Shown: positions 41,493-42,142 of the stretch, in pieces
Position numbering within the stretch: the first letter of the stretch is position 1
Layout of the letters: each line of letters opens with the position of its first letter
Assembly (NCBI GenBank): GCA_029252865.1
Contig: JAQXAP010000109.1
Location: 1 to 42,142, forward strand
DNA length: 42,142 nt
Direction: 5' to 3'
Origin: Polaribacter sp.
GTDB lineage: Bacteria; Bacteroidota; Bacteroidia; Flavobacteriales; Flavobacteriaceae
Position numbers and translations under genes: made by a program
Notes under the pieces: model-generated
What the model saw: only the letters and a program-made list of their open reading frames with translations
Databases searched by the model: none
Told to the model about the DNA's origin: nothing

Positions 41493-41948
41493 TTATGATT
41501 TTACTAGTCCTTTTAATAAATCGTATACAAAGAATGAGCTTGCGACTAATCCTAAAGCAATACTATACCAAATTCCTGTACCAACCCATTGGTTTGTTGC
41601 TGATCCGGCTTCACCTCCTTTGAGTACGTTATTTGCTGTATCCAAAACAACATCACTATCTGCTAAAAAATAAGCAAACACCAAAACAACTCCAAGAAGT
41701 GCAACTCCTAATAAAGTCTTTTTTAAGTTTTCTGGATTTCTAAAAAGAGCAAATAAAGACAAAATTACTGTTGCTCCTACTGCGAAATAAAGCAGCATTG
41801 TAGAAAACGAAACAATGTGTCCTACAGGTCCATTTAGTGCTTCAACATCTTCTACATCCGTCATAAAAATACGAATGAAAAGAAAAGCACCTATCACAGC
41901 AATTACCGCTATGAAGATATTTAAAATTTTTGATAAATTATTTTTCAT
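41493..41948 (-). CDS. Hypothetical 4-TM membrane protein within the exbB-exbD operon
   Basis: 151-aa ORF with four hydrophobic segments; 8-nt and 4-nt gaps to neighbours. Confidence 0.85.
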   Translation of the reverse strand: MKNNLSKILNIFIAVIAVIGAFLFIRIFMTDVEDVEALNGPVGHIVSFSTMLLYFAVGATVILSLFALFRNPENLKKTLLGVALLGVVLVFAYFLADSDVVLDTANNVLKGGEAGSATNQWVGTGIWYSIALGLVASSFFVYDLLKGLVKS

Positions 41949-41956
41949 AATATATC

Positions 41957-42142
41957 TTATTTTTTATATTTTACTAATAAATCTATTAACTGAATAGATG
42001 CATCCTCCATATTATTTACAATGCTATCAACCTTTGAGATGATGTAGTTGTAAAAAACTTGTAGTATAATTGCTACAATTAGACCAAAAACTGTAGTTAA
42101 TAGGGCTACTTTAATACCTACTGCTACAACTCCAGGAGAAAT
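41957..42142 (-). CDS. exbB: MotA/TolQ/ExbB proton channel protein (5' part outside window)
   Basis: Not in ORF track. Manual translation ISPGVVAVGIKVALLTTVFGLIVAIILQVFYNYIISKVDSIVNNMEDASIQLIDLLVKYKK*. Confidence 0.93.
   Translation of the reverse strand: MSPGVVAVGIKVALLTTVFGLIVAIILQVFYNYIISKVDSIVNNMEDASIQLIDLLVKYKK

Overview
AT-rich chromosomal window from a marine-type Flavobacteriaceae (Polaribacter/Tenacibaculum-like; inferred from gene order, TAnnTTTG promoters and lack of Shine-Dalgarno sites). The left ~14 kb is a minus-strand polysaccharide utilisation locus (PUL): hybrid two-component regulator, susC, susD, a Cys-type sulfatase and a GH20 hexosaminidase that the ORF track missed because it runs off the left edge. 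The PUL lies directly behind the 3' end of tRNA-Leu(TAG). The remaining ~28 kb is core genome: peptidases, ade, hemW, ruvC, mnmD, ilvE, rplM-rpsI-rpsB-tsf, pyrH-frr, an MMPL transporter, asnS-rpoN and an exbB-X-exbD-exbD motor operon. I saw no integrase, transposase, CRISPR array or clearly novel multi-gene system. The best leads are the structured ~1 kb HTCS-susC spacer (two candidate operators plus a 34-aa membrane-peptide ORF), an unannotated 43-aa membrane protein after mnmD, a possibly switchable RNA structure before rpsB, and the extra membrane protein and CxxC insert of the ExbBD operon.
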